Below, one piece after another: positions 32,588 to 44,199 of a DNA stretch of 64,000 nt (position 1 is the stretch's first letter; every line of letters starts with the position of its first letter). The stretch comes from a virus (taxonomy: Duplodnaviria > Caudoviricetes): IMG/VR virus record IMGVR_UViG_3300037067_013742, positions 1 to 64,000 of that record. One strand, written 5' to 3'. Below the pieces are notes generated by a model that worked only from the letters and a program-made list of their open reading frames with translations, was not told the origin of the DNA and searched no databases. Made by a program: the position numbers and the translations under genes.

Positions 32588-32968
32588 TCATGAAATTCTC
32601 TTAGTAAGAGTGATCTCTTCACAGAATAATGTGCCTAATGGAGCTTCTCTTGCGAGACCGTAATTACCTACTAGCCAGAACCGCTTTAGTTCTTCTAGAG
32701 AGAGGCTGTCGCCCTTATGTGCATAGACAAGATCGCTTCGCCATCTGTTTGTTGGGGCTAGTTTTGCCTCTACTTCATAGAGACTCTCGTTTTGCGGATC
32801 AAAGCCAAAATTCTTAGCGTCCTCTATACTAGCGAATGCCATCAGGTAACTGCCTTCGACTTTTGGTGTCGTTGGTTTCCCGACGAAATACCTAGTTCTT
32901 GCATCCCCTGTGACGATACAAGAATGCAGTTGTCTATTTGTCCTATCGAGGATTTTATAAGCCTTCAT
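32588..32968 (-). CDS. KVYKV paralog family, copy 5
   Basis: MKAYKI...LMAF...GTLFCEEITL. Confidence 0.75.
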   Translation of the reverse strand: MKAYKILDRTNRQLHSCIVTGDARTRYFVGKPTTPKVEGSYLMAFASIEDAKNFGFDPQNESLYEVEAKLAPTNRWRSDLVYAHKGDSLSLEELKRFWLVGNYGLAREAPLGTLFCEEITLTKRIS

Positions 32969-33902
32969 TAGTCTTCATCCTTTATACTTATGCTAAATCG
33001 ATGATGGTGTAAGAAGTCTCCATTATTATCGACTTCATCTGTCGTCCATGCCTCAACACCTCCACCAGTTGGATGTTTAGCCATAAGCTGAGTAGCATCT
33101 CCCTTGAGATAAGTAATCATAAGATTAATTCTCCTAAAGATTATTAGGAGAAATTTTATTTTGGGCGGGTACTAAGGCGCTTTTCTTTATAGCTAGATAT
33201 TACCTTTAAGACGCTTATAGCTAGATTCTCTAGCATACATAGAGCTATAAAGACTAAAAGGAAGGTCATCCAGGGATGGGCAAGTATGAATACTGTCATT
33301 AGCTTTTCTTTGTCTCAAGTCTGGGGTCCTGCTTGAATTTCTTACACTTCCCATTTATTGGATAGTAACCCTCTTTACAGATAGCCCAATCAGAAGGATT
33401 GTCTTTCTGCATGCAGCAGTAATAAAGATGCTGACACTTATTACAAGGAGTTGGGGTATTCATTAGATATAGTCTACTTTCTAGCCTCGGCGGAAGTTTT
33501 CTCTGGGTGGAGTAAATGCCTTTATCTCGTAGTCACGTCCGCGAGGACAGATAAACATTAGGCTATCTATATCCTCCTTCTTACTAGTAAAGAAGAGTAT
33601 GCTTCTCTCTGCCCTAAGGGGCGTGATAACTAGGTGATCTATATGATAGTCATTCCAATTGCTATAGGTATAGAGGCTTTCTGCCATAGGCGCCGTAGGG
33701 TCCACGATCCAGAAGTCTACAGTAATATTTAAGTGAACTTCTTTCTCTGGAAGGATGTCTCCCATAGACCCTTCCTGAAGGATTAGGTATCCATAATCGA
33801 GGCAGATACCTAAGGTACGGGCAAGACCAAGGGGCTTGAAATCCTTTATGGAGCGGAGTTCTAGCTTTCTTACTGAATGGGGTAGATAGGATAGGCTCAT
33901 CT

Positions 33903-33959
33903 TTAATCCCTTTCTTCTGAGGCTTTGAAAGAGTAGATAGGTTTCACCGTTAGTTCTAT
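33903..33959 (-). pseudogene. C-terminal remnant of RtcB-like RNA ligase
   Basis: Start-less frame IELTVKPIYSFKASEERD*, resembling the RtcB end IKPIYNFKA. Confidence 0.6.
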
Positions 33960-34732
33960 ATTATGTGTCTAAGTCTATGCAGTCTGTTTTTAATACTTGA
34001 TTCTGTTCTATTGAGAGTAGCCGCCACATAGTTTATGGGGTAGTTAAGAACAAGATTATCTTGTTCAATAGTCCAGGCCTTTTGAGTAACTTTCTTCATA
34101 GACGAGGGTCGTTCCCATAGTCGAACTTCTTCTGCAAGCTTTTTCTTTCTAAGAATAAAAAGGCTTGCTTCTGAGTAAAGGATCTTAGCAATAGCTTGGG
34201 CTTTTTCTCTAAAGATACAAATATTATATATGTTGTCACGTTCGTTTCTGTGAATTTCAGGTTTCCGATCTGTAGTTTCTTCACAGAAGCTGAGGTAATA
34301 TTCTTTAATACTTTCGCTAGAGGTTGTTAGTGAGATAAAGGGAAGATTCTTAGAAGTTATGCCTAACGATCCGTCTCCATCAACGAGCCCTCTAATATAA
34401 TCGATAGTGACTAACTCATTTGGGGCTGGGGCAATAACATTCTTCTTACTACCATATGGAATCCAGGGCTCTATTACTTTCCTAAAATCCTTGGAACATA
34501 CAGAGAGTATCGAGGAGGTCACTTCTTTTAGGAAGTTTGTATCTCTAGTTCGTTTTCTGATAGACGCTCTGACTTTGTAATCAGCCTCTATGAAATCCTT
34601 TAATTTGTATAAGATTTCTTCGTCTTGTTCAGAGAGTTCTAAAGCAATCCTCCCCTTATGACCAGACCTACCAGACATATGTCCGTCTGAGGTAAGTAAG
34701 CCAATTAGGTACGAGAGTTCTGGTGATTCCAT
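33956..34732 (-). mobile_element. LAGLIDADG homing endonuclease (two motifs)
   Basis: YLIGLLTSDG and YIRGLVDGDG; C-terminal HTH. Confidence 0.85.
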
Positions 34733-34766
34733 AAGTGGTATTATACCACTTTATTGAACCTCCAGC

Positions 34767-34799
34767 TCATGATGAGTATTTTCCAGTGTATTCAAGCAT
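34767..34799 (-). pseudogene. N-terminal remnant of RtcB-like RNA ligase
   Basis: SD GAGAG + MLEYTGKYSS*, resembling the RtcB start M.EI.GKY.TA. Confidence 0.55.
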
Positions 34800-35542
34800 T
34801 AATGTTCTCTCTTTTGAAAATCGCGGACTATTTATCCCCGAACGGCTAATACTTCAATCATTTGGTAGGAAGTACATCCATTGACCATTTGGAAGTACAC
34901 ATTCACAGCTGTCGGTTACACGTAGGCATCGTCGTACAGACTCTGGAATACAGGGAAGATGCATTTCTGCGGCGTCACGATCGCATCTTCTCTCCATTTC
35001 GGCCCGGGAGGCTGCTCTCCAGGCCTTTTGTTGAGCGCAGTCCTTAGGGGTCACATAGACGATACCGGCCAGACATAGAATAAGCCCTAACAAGGTAATA
35101 ATATGGCGAATGTGCTCGCCATCTTTGATCCAGGCTAATACACGTAAGCGCCAAGTAATTGGTGGTGGGGGCGTCGGAAATTGAGGGGTACGATAGGGGT
35201 CTACCATTTCTTTCTCCTTAATTTTCGCGGAGTTGTTTACCTAGCTTCTTCTTAGTCCGGGCATAAGCTCTTCTCCCTTTTGGATAAGAGCTCGAATTAC
35301 TTCAACTGGAGTGCCTTCCCAATGACTGTCGGGTGGATCCTCTAGAATCTTCCCGTCGGAGGTTAGGTAGGTTGTTGCAACAAGGACGTATTCTCCCACG
35401 TCCATATTTGGGTTTGCGGATAGATCCTCTTCGTCGATGGGCTCATAGTAGTTTGCATAGATTTCATCACTACACCACCAGAGAGTCCATCCATGACCAA
35501 GGTCTTGGTGTCTCATCCCTCCGCTCTTCTTATAGCGACCAG

Positions 35543-35923
35543 TTAGGTTACTCTTTCTAGTAGTGTTATTTCTGTACAGAAGACCGTTCCCTCTGGCCAA
35601 CCAGATTCAAGGCCGATAGGGGCTTTGCGCTTTGGATCCCAGCAATCTTCTATTGCATAGTCTAAATCTATAAAGTAGCGGCACTTAGCTACGAACTTAG
35701 CTCTAGATATCTTTGCTTCTGCACGATAGATAACTTTAGGAGCGTAGTCTCTTACGAACTGTCTTGCATCTTCAAGAGTTCTATATGCGGTTAGAAGAGT
35801 TCCTTTAACTTTGGGTTTTGTTGGGATACCGATCTGGTATCTCACTGCAACATTTGCTGGCAAAAGTCCATAGGATGAAATTAGCCGTTTGTTACGCCTA
35901 CGAACTACTTTATATACTTTCAT
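35543..35923 (-). CDS. KVYKV paralog family, copy 6
   Basis: MKVYKVV...LLTAY...GTVFCTEITL. Confidence 0.75.
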   Translation of the reverse strand: MKVYKVVRRRNKRLISSYGLLPANVAVRYQIGIPTKPKVKGTLLTAYRTLEDARQFVRDYAPKVIYRAEAKISRAKFVAKCRYFIDLDYAIEDCWDPKRKAPIGLESGWPEGTVFCTEITLLERVT

Positions 35924-37011
35924 CAGATTCTTCCCAATCTAGTTTAGTTTTAGACCCAGGAAATAGTCTTGAGTATTCATCCTCAGCAGTATCCATATGA
36001 TTGAGAGGATGATCATCATCCCATTCTCCAATGTCAGCAGTAGAGACATACTGTACATCTGGAGCAATACAGTGATTTGGATATCGGGTATTTTCTATCG
36101 CGTCGATAATACCGTCTCTTCCAATCCCATCGAAGTCAATTATTAGGAGTTCTACTTTGTAGGCTTTCAATAGTGTCCTCCATTATCTTGATCTCTTTCC
36201 ATAGACGGCCACCACATCCATGTTCAAGTAGCTTTAGAACTACTGCTTCCGCTGTTTGAAAGGATAGGGGGCCATACATTATTTCTGTAGTTCCCTGGTA
36301 GGTCGAGCCATTGTCAAAAGACTTTGCAAAAACCGTGTATGTCTTCTCTTTAGTTTCTGTCATTATTCTTACCTAGAACTTGAGAGGTCTAAGAGTCCAG
36401 TTACCATCTTCTAGTCTAACTAGTCTTACTCTCTCTTCTCCTAGAGAGAATGAGATCTTCCAGATAGTCTTGTCTTTTTCCGTGCGGGAGAGAGCCTCCT
36501 GCAGGGTTTCTACATTGATAATTCCAGTCTCTTCTGATCTTAGTTGAATCATTACATTCTCCTAAGCTGAGATTCCCAAGCTTCACGAATAGCACTCCAG
36601 TCATCTACATAGACCTTATAGTAGAGCTGTTCATGAGGACGACAATCTACGATATCTACGACCGTAGCCTCTCTCTCTTCGAAGTCTTCCTGCTCATCTG
36701 GCTTATAGAGAACTCTATCCCCTCGCTTAAACTCGGGGGTCTCTAGATCTTCTAGGTTAGCTTCAGCGGCAAACCGTTCATGACGATCACCAACAAGCCT
36801 AACGGCATAGTTTGGCGAGACCCAATCCATAATGGTGCAGTAAACAGTCCCTTTACTAGAAATGATACTAGGGTGCTTATAGATAGCAAAGCTTCCATTT
36901 TCGCGGAGCTTGGTCACTGTATCCCCCTTCAGAGAATGTCTTTGCTTATAGAAGAAAAGCTAGGTCTGTTACAGGTTTACTTCGTTCTACTAGTCCTTTT
37001 GGGGTGAGCAA

Positions 37012-37428
37012 TCACATCATCCCTACGGCTAGTAGGATTATCCCAATAAGTAGGGTAGGTCCTCCGAGGCCAAGGGTTAGTCCGTTTCTCCAGCTCCATA
37101 TAGATGTATCTACAGATGGATCGTGAGGACCAGAATTGAGGTATTCCCAGGGGGTAATAACAAAGCAGGTAAGTGTGGAGCTAAGACCGAATCCAGTTAG
37201 AACTGCTCCCGCGATGGCTAGTCTTCGGCTTCTAACTCTTTCTCTGACAGGCCTATTCTCTAGCGGCGGGCGAACATTTCTCTGAGAAGTGGCAGGACTC
37301 CACGATCTGACTTCTATTTGTCGCGGCGAATCACTATTCCCAACACTTTCGTTATCTCTATTCTGTAGAGACTCTGCTAGTGCTGGGGAGCTAATTGTAA
37401 GTAGCATCAAGATTATTACAGTTCTCAT
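37012..37428 (-). CDS. Exported protein with two Gly-rich C-terminal hydrophobic segments
   Basis: Signal peptide ending ALA; GAVLTGFG and GLTLGLGG segments. Confidence 0.6.
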   Translation of the reverse strand: MRTVIILMLLTISSPALAESLQNRDNESVGNSDSPRQIEVRSWSPATSQRNVRPPLENRPVRERVRSRRLAIAGAVLTGFGLSSTLTCFVITPWEYLNSGPHDPSVDTSIWSWRNGLTLGLGGPTLLIGIILLAVGMM

Positions 37429-37477
37429 CTTTACTCTCCTCCTATATCTTCTAATAAGAATTCTTTTGGTCGGGGAG

Positions 37478-38116
37478 CTATATCCTCGGCGTCAGCGAGA
37501 GCATTCGCGTGAGCCGTGTGTTAGCGCGCTCGAGCGCGGCGTCCCACGCGGCGGCCCACGCGGCGTCCATCGCGGCGTCCCTCGCGGCGTCCATCGCGGC
37601 GTCCCACGCGGCGTCCATCGCGGCGTCCCACGCGGCGGCCCTCGCGGCGTCCCTCGCGGCGTCCCACGCGGCGTCCATCGTGGCGGCCCTCGCGGCGTCC
37701 CACGCGGCGTCCCACGTGGCGACCCTCGCGGCGTCCCTGATGGACTCGTCTCCGGTGCGGAGGAATCGCACGACGACCTCGGGCGGATCGGGCCACAGGG
37801 GCAGCACGTCGAGCGCGCAAAGCCTAGCGAAGTGACGCAGCGTGGCCTCTGCGTCCACCGCCCATAGCACGGTGCGCTCCGAGCAGACGATCTTATCGTC
37901 GCCCCGCACGATCTCGCCGCCGCACTCGACGCGGCAGGCGATGTTGCCCTGAGCGTAGGAAAGCGCGTCGATGGCGCGGACTGAGGCGTGGAGGCCGCTG
38001 AAGCACATCTTCAGCTTGCCTTCGTGTCGGATCGTTTCGCCGATGGTGACCACCAGGCGGCCCTTGTTGGTGAGGATGCGGTCGCCATCCTTGATGCAGA
38101 AATGCCAAGCTCTCAT
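37478..38116 (-). CDS. GC-rich gene: GLHA-motif N-terminal domain plus AA(W/R/M)DAA repeats
   Basis: CFSGLHAS...CRVECGG...DKIVC, then about 16 tetrapeptide repeats. Confidence 0.75.
   Translation of the reverse strand: MRAWHFCIKDGDRILTNKGRLVVTIGETIRHEGKLKMCFSGLHASVRAIDALSYAQGNIACRVECGGEIVRGDDKIVCSERTVLWAVDAEATLRHFARLCALDVLPLWPDPPEVVVRFLRTGDESIRDAARVATWDAAWDAARAATMDAAWDAARDAARAAAWDAAMDAAWDAAMDAARDAAMDAAWAAAWDAALERANTRLTRMLSLTPRI
37537..37738. repeat. 12-bp coding tandem repeat (cgcggcgtc+NNN)
   Basis: Visible periodic repeat. Confidence 0.85.
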
Positions 38117-38213
38117 CTACTTCTCTCCTGTCTCTGCTATGTTTTTATTTGTGGGGTAGTTACTGCAACAAGCCATAGGCTTTATTTAATGTTCTTATAG
38201 ATAATAAGAAAAA

Positions 38214-39155
38214 CTATGAACCTTCTGGTGGGGTAGGAGATTTTTCTAGGTATTCTATGGCTGATTTAAGTCTAATTGGATCATCTAGGAAGTAGCCAAG
38301 ACCAATATTACAACGAGAGCAGAGTAGTCCTCTAACAATCCCACTTTTATGGCAGTGGTCAATAGCAAGTCGTCTGTCTTCTGTTGGTACGTTTTTGCAA
38401 ATAGCACAATGTCCACCTTGCTTCAAAAGCAGTTCTTCATATGCTTCGGTGGGGAGTTTGAATTTTTTCGCTCTTTGCTGCCTCTGGCTTTTTGCTTTAA
38501 AACGTGACGGGAGGATCCCTTTATTTGTTAGGATTTTAAGATAGGTAGATGAGATACCGGTCTTATCAACAATCTCATCTACTGGAAGATTTTTAGCCCA
38601 TAGCTGTTTTACGAGTTCTATATTTTCGGGTGGAATCTCTCTTATCCTATCCTTTTTTATCTTATGTCTTCGTAGTATTAATTGTATGTATGGGATACTA
38701 AGCTTTGTAAGTTCTGCAACCTCTTTTAATGTTTTGCCTTCCGCGTACAGTTTTAAGATAGTCGGGTCTTTAACTTCTAGATATTTTCTTCTGCTACGTC
38801 TAAGACATCCACATGATTTAGCATGACCATTTATTAGGGCATCACGTCTGATCTCTTTTTCGGCGCCACAGTCACATTTACATAGCCAGTAAGTATCTTT
38901 TCTCTTGCTATCGTATCCTCCAGATATAGCTTCTAATCTTCCACTTCTCCATCCGGGATAGGGAATCCCTTTATTTGGGAATAGGCAGCCGCAAGATTTT
39001 ACGCTGTTCTTTTTGAGGTAAGTACCTTTAGCTAGGTGAGTTTTTCCGCAGTCGCATAGACATTCCCAAAGTGTTTCTTTCTCTATAGATCCATGTCTTC
39101 TAACGACTACAAGCTTTCCAAATCTTTGTCCTGTTAAGTCTGTTTGTTGGGTCAT
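38214..39155 (-). mobile_element. Homing endonuclease: two DLTGQRFG-type DNA-binding repeats plus EndoVII-type nuclease
   Basis: W.C.CDCG x2; QGGHCAIC...IDHCH..G.VRGLLC..CN.GLG. Confidence 0.85.
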
Positions 39156-39881
39156 AGTAGATAATAACATGGGAGAGAGTATTTTGAGGTAGATGTAGAG
39201 AGTGGGTAGGCCATAAGTACTCCTCTCACTACTTATCCCAAACTTTTTGGTTTTCAGTCTGGACTCTAAAATACTGTAACCAATGGACTTTACAGGAAAT
39301 TCCTCTTCTCTTCTGTAGCCAATGCTTGTTATTTTTAACCCCCCGGACCCCCCAAGGGGGAGGGGGTTGGCCTCGCTCGCTAACGCTCGCTCGGCCCTTC
39401 GGGCCTGGCCATCGCTCGCGTTGCTCGCTCGGCCTGCGGCCTAAGAGTCCGAGGATTCGTTTCCCTCTTCGATCATGAAAGTGACCGTAGTGTCTAGGGA
39501 TTCTGGCTTCCCGTTGAGAAGAACGGTAGTGGGGTTTCCCTCGAAAGAAAGGCAGTCTCCGTCTTCTGCTGCCGCGCGGATTAGTTCGAAGAGGGTACAG
39601 GTGATAGTGGTTTGGGTGGTCTTCTTGATAGTCATCTCTACTCTTCTCCTCTGTGGTCTTTGTTTCTACAATGATTACGGTTCTTTGACTTCTTCTTATC
39701 GGGGATGATTGAGGGTCTGTTGCGGCCGTCATAGAAACCCTCTCGTACAGCTTCTTCTCTACGAATAGACCTCTCTATGAGGTAAATCTCCTCTGCTGTG
39801 ATCTTTAGGGGTTCCATCTTAGTTACCTTATTAGAATTACAGAGAATTCTAGTATAAGTTGAGGTTCTTGACCAGTTTGTC

Positions 39882-40139
39882 TTGTCAGTGAGAAGATATG
39901 CTATCTGGAAGGATGCGTATCAAATGGTTAAGAGGAGTACTCGCCGGACTGTAAGATTGACTGGTCTTTCTGGTCGGCGGGGACCAACTAAGCTGTGGGC
40001 TTATGGTTATGGAGATTATGCTAGGCTCTTGGGGGTAAGTGCTGAATATATTAGAGTATTAGTTTCTAGGGGAGCTTTTGATCCTGGAGATTTGGAGAGT
40101 CTGTTTAGGTATTGGGTTGGCCGGCGGGAAAAGGATTAG
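39882..40139 (+). CDS. Small helix-turn-helix protein
   Basis: DYARLLGVSAEYIR.LVSRG; lone plus-strand gene. Confidence 0.5.
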   Translation: MSVRRYAIWKDAYQMVKRSTRRTVRLTGLSGRRGPTKLWAYGYGDYARLLGVSAEYIRVLVSRGAFDPGDLESLFRYWVGRREKD

Positions 40140-41359
40140 TGGGTCTGCTCGAAGGTGAACTTGACGGGCTCGAAATGGAACTCGGGGACGTCGATGTGGA
40201 GCCTCTGCTCCGTCTGGTACTTCTGCGCCATGTAGCCGATCCAGAAGAAGTCCACGATGGAATCCATCTGAGACTCCTGAGAAAGCTCCCTGAACGCCCT
40301 CTTGTAGGCGTTGATGACGGGGATTCCGCCCTCGTAGAAACCCTCGACGAAGGGGTTGTCCGGGTAGGTCTCGTGGAAGATGTCGTAGGCCCTTCCCAGC
40401 CCCTTGATCCCGCCGCGAAAGACTTCCATCTGCTTGGCGAAGTACATCCTGCTAAGAGTTCCGATGAGCTTCTTCATGTTCTTTCCTCTTCTCCTTGAGT
40501 GAAACGGTGATTCTTTCTACCGCGCGAAAGCCAGCCCCTGCTACCTTGTCTAGCCCCTTCTCTAGAAGTTCAGAAGAACTTTCTACTAGAGGATCCATCT
40601 TATCGACGACCTTCTCAGCGAAGTCATCGAAAAGGCAGATCAATCTGTCCAGATTGTCAGTAGACATCTCAATCTCCTAGTCTCTTGGGCGGGAGAATCT
40701 ATTCTGCCCATTAGGTCCTACACAAAAGGCTCCATAGACATCTCCTGGTGTTGTTACGGCCGACCACTCCTCTCCGAACTGCTGCTGACAGACCTTATCT
40801 GCCTGCCACTCTTGCAACTTCACGAAGAGGAACCCACACCCTATGATCCCGCCGAAGATAAGAAGAACTAGAGTGATGAAGATCTTTTTGATCAATCTCC
40901 CAAAGATCTCTGCTTGAGTTAGGAAGCCCTTCATATCGGCGTTTATATGCATCTGAGAGCCTCTAGAGGTTGAGGGTTGGTAGGTTGGGCCGGTTGGAAG
41001 AAAAGTCCTTCTACGCCTTATCTATCTGCTACCGTGATGTCCTTATCGTCGGTCTTCTTCGGAGCGAGGTTGAAATACAACAGAACGAATGAGAGTATTC
41101 CGAGGAAGATGATGTAGGGCATGGGATCCTCAGACGCTTCCGGTGAACTTGGCGCCGATCCAGAGGATGAAGGCGAGGACGCCGATGCCCAGGTTCCAGC
41201 CGAAGTAGAGGATGCCAACCCCTACCAGGACGATGAGGAGGAGGGTGAGCAGATTCCCTCGGGCCTCCTTCTTCTCTGCGGGGGTCTTGGGGGTCTTCGT
41301 GACGGCGGCTGCGGTGCTGTCAGACATGTTAGCTCCTGTTGTTAGGGCCCGTAGGCCGG

Positions 41360-41542
41360 TTACTTACTTACATCTGAATTAGGAAGAACTTCTTCTTTTA
41401 GGAGGCGGGCGAACTCATCCTCCTGATTAGCGATGTACTCGTTGTACTGAGTCTCTTCTTCGAGTGATTCGACTTCTTGGGCGATCTCTTCGTCCTCCAG
41501 GTAGTCATCGTACCAATCCTGAAGGTTCTGTTTCTTAGCCAC
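41360..41542 (-). CDS. Small acidic protein
   Basis: D/E-rich, 60 aa; SD GAGG. Confidence 0.55.
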   Translation of the reverse strand: MAKKQNLQDWYDDYLEDEEIAQEVESLEEETQYNEYIANQEDEFARLLKEEVLPNSDVSK

Positions 41543-41868
41543 CTAACTTACCTCACATTCCTTTCATGAGACACGGACACACTACAAAGGGCATTACTAT
41601 TAGTAGAATCATCCAGATGAACCAGTCAAGCTTATTGGGTTGGGGCCCACTAAAAAGATGGTTCTTTTCGTTGTCATCATCCATGGTTACGCCCAATCCT
41701 CGAAGTCGATGGCTGAGTAACCCTTGGTCTCGAGCCGCTTCCCCGCCTCCTCCCAGATATCCTCAATCTCACGATCGGACATCTGTTCTGCCATTATCTC
41801 ACGACAGCGAGCACACTCTGCCATGATGACATCATCCTTCGATCCACAGATGTGACACTTAGCCATCG

Positions 41869-41952
41869 TTATCTCCTATAAGAGTAGATGCCCTTCTTCC
41901 AGCTCTTGAGGACCTCTTCGGCATCTTCTGCCCGGCGGAAGTAATCCGACTC
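41869..41952 (-). pseudogene. Orphaned 3' end of the SAAGYYIG/SRES gene
   Basis: ESDYFRRAEDAEEVLKSWKKGIYSYRR* parallels ESLRYWKTEEEAQEALDSGKWAAR*. Confidence 0.6.
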
Positions 41953-41988
41953 CTATATTATGGACCACATTTGTGATACTCTCTATTT

Positions 41989-42657
41989 ATGGATACTAAA
42001 GTTTGCATATCTTGTGGTCAAGATCTTCCCTTGACGGAGTACTGGTTTCAGAATAAAAGTTTAGGGAAACTTTGGGCTTCTTGTCGAAAGTGTGCTTCTT
42101 ACCATCGTGTCTATGGAGTATATCCGAATGGAGATCGGATTATTAAACCCCTTTACAAAACCTGTCGAGCTTGTGGTCTGACCTTCCCTCTAAATGCCGA
42201 ACATTTTCCCATTAATATGACGAGGGTTGATCGATATGGCCATCCGCTTGTGGTTTATCGCTCTCTTTGTAAAACGTGTCGCGCTCGTGGTCGTCGCAAG
42301 TCGAATGTTGAAGAGAGACATATGAATGCCTGGGCTCTTTTACAGAATAAGATTAGGGCTATGAAGGAATTAAGTCCTGATCTCGCTTGTTGTCGTTGTG
42401 GTTTCCAGGGCCACCCAAGTGCCTTTGATTTTCATCATCTTGACCCGGTGAAGAAGGAATCTGCGATTGCGCGACTTCTTCGTCAAAGGAGATTCCTTAC
42501 AGAGAAACAATGGACTCGAGTTCTTGCGGAATTGTTAGGATGCGTTCTTCTTTGTAGAAATTGTCACTCTGTAATTCACTGTTCTGTGCTTGAGGATGGT
42601 TCGCCAAATCCTGATTATGTCCATACCACGAAAGGGCCATTGGTCCAGTATCCCTAG
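41989..42657 (+). mobile_element. HNH homing endonuclease, inverted relative to its neighbours
   Basis: Two Zn ribbons; C.RCG...FDFHHLDP...CVLLCRNCH. Confidence 0.85.
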
Positions 42658-42911
42658 CGAGCAGCCCACTTTCCAGAATCAAGAGCCTCTTGTGCCTCTT
42701 CCTCAGTTTTCCAGTATCGTAGGGACTCCCTTGAGTAAGGACCACAGTGATCACACCAGGTTCCGATGTAGTATCCGGCGGCAGACTGACACACCCGGAA
42801 GGGAAGGTCTTTGTCGCACTCGTCACAGTGAGCCATTGTCTTTTCCAGAGAGAGCATTGTTTCGCCGCGAAGCATCTCTACCTCCAAGCGTCGGAATCTG
42901 TTCTTACCCAC
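42654..42911 (-). CDS. Small conserved SAAGYYIG...GPYSRES protein
   Basis: Motifs visible; true start probably downstream of the ORF-track start. Confidence 0.7.
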   Translation of the reverse strand: MGKNRFRRLEVEMLRGETMLSLEKTMAHCDECDKDLPFRVCQSAAGYYIGTWCDHCGPYSRESLRYWKTEEEAQEALDSGKWAAR

Positions 42912-43495
42912 AGGGCAATACCGTGCTCATCTACGTTACCCTCGAACCGCCTGATCGTGTGGGTGTCATCTACAAGAGACCTGAGAAGAACTTCAGCCGT
43001 TGTCTCTCCCCGCTCGTAGGCTAGAGTCTCATAGCCCCAGATGTTGAAGAGGAAGCGTGCGTCTTCTTCGGTTGGCGGCGAATACAACATCTCTCAACCC
43101 TCCACTGTGAGTAGTCTCCAGATGGAGTTGTCATAGTCCATATAGAATGGATACCAGAGGTTGTTGTGCCAGTCACCTCCGATCGAGATGATAAGGAGTC
43201 CTACTGCCACCAGGATGGAGATGTGAGCGGCCGTCCAGATCCCCTCTTCCTTGAGGAATTCTTTTACGACGGGCCACCCACCCAGATAGGTGATCTGTCC
43301 AGTGATGAGGAGTGTAATGCCGGCGACAATAAGACCCATTGCTATGTAAAGCATCTTTATCCCCTTATAAGTCCAAGAGCTATTACTGCCATTACTATCG
43401 TAAGAACTACCGTCTCTACTCCTAGAATCATTATGGCTAGAATCCAGTGAGAAATCCATCTGATTAGTGAGTAGAACATGTTGGTCCTATTGTGT

Positions 43496-43548
43496 TGGTG
43501 CTGGCGACCAGATTTGAACTGGTAAGGGTTTCCCCATAAGTTCCTAGG
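43496..43548 (-). pseudogene. 3' half of a split tRNA-Leu
   Basis: CCTAGGA-ACTTA, variable arm GGGGAAACCC, T-arm, CGCCAGC-A-CCA. Confidence 0.8.
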
Positions 43549-43561
43549 TCTGTCTTCGATA

Positions 43562-43649
43562 TGGTGCCGCAGCCCGGATTCGAACCGGGACGGGATTACT
43601 CCCATGAGCTTCTAAGGCTCACATGTCTCGCCAGTTCCATCACTGCGGC
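43562..43649 (-). tRNA. tRNA-Leu(TAG), long variable arm
   Basis: TGAGC-CTTAGAA-GCTCA; CCA. Confidence 0.9.
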
Positions 43650-44133
43650 GTTTGTTTCTAGCTCCCCACGTCTCGGTTTGCTGATGGCAATTTGGACAGA
43701 GGAGTCTAAGGTTTTCTAATCTGTGGTCAGTATGAATGCCGTTCTTATGATCTACGTGGAGTCTTATCTTGTTACCTAACCAGGAATCAATCCCGCATAT
43801 CTCACAGCGTAGCATCCTGCCGATTTGGACTAGTCGTTTTAGTAGTCTCGATGGTTGATAGGAAGAGTTCTCTGAGAAGACCTCTTCATCTGGGACTGTG
43901 TTCTTTCTTACTGTTTGTCGGACGATCTCGGAGGTTTTCGCAGTCTTTCCCTTTGCCCAACCCTGACCTGTAAAGTGTTCGGTTGGTATTAGTAGGTTTC
44001 TGATCTTGCCATTTATATATCGGTAGTTTCCGCCGGTCCTTTTTAGACCAAGAGTATCTAGGACTTGTCCGATGGATGTGCAGTTTATTACTACTGGAGC
44101 TAGCACCTCGTGGGTATACTTGGATTGTCTCAT
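43612..44133 (-). mobile_element. HNH homing endonuclease (paralog of 10217-10951)
   Basis: LHVDHKNG...DHRLENLRLLCPNCH. Confidence 0.85.
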
Positions 44134-44160
44134 TCACTGATTATAGCATACACGCTTCGC

Positions 44161-44199
44161 TCCCTGAACTTACGTGTATGCCAATTCCACCACGCCAGC
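44161..44199 (-). pseudogene. 5' half of a split tRNA-Leu
   Basis: GCTGGCG-TG-GTGGAATTGGCATACAC-G-TAAGT pairs with the half at 43496-43548. Confidence 0.8.
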
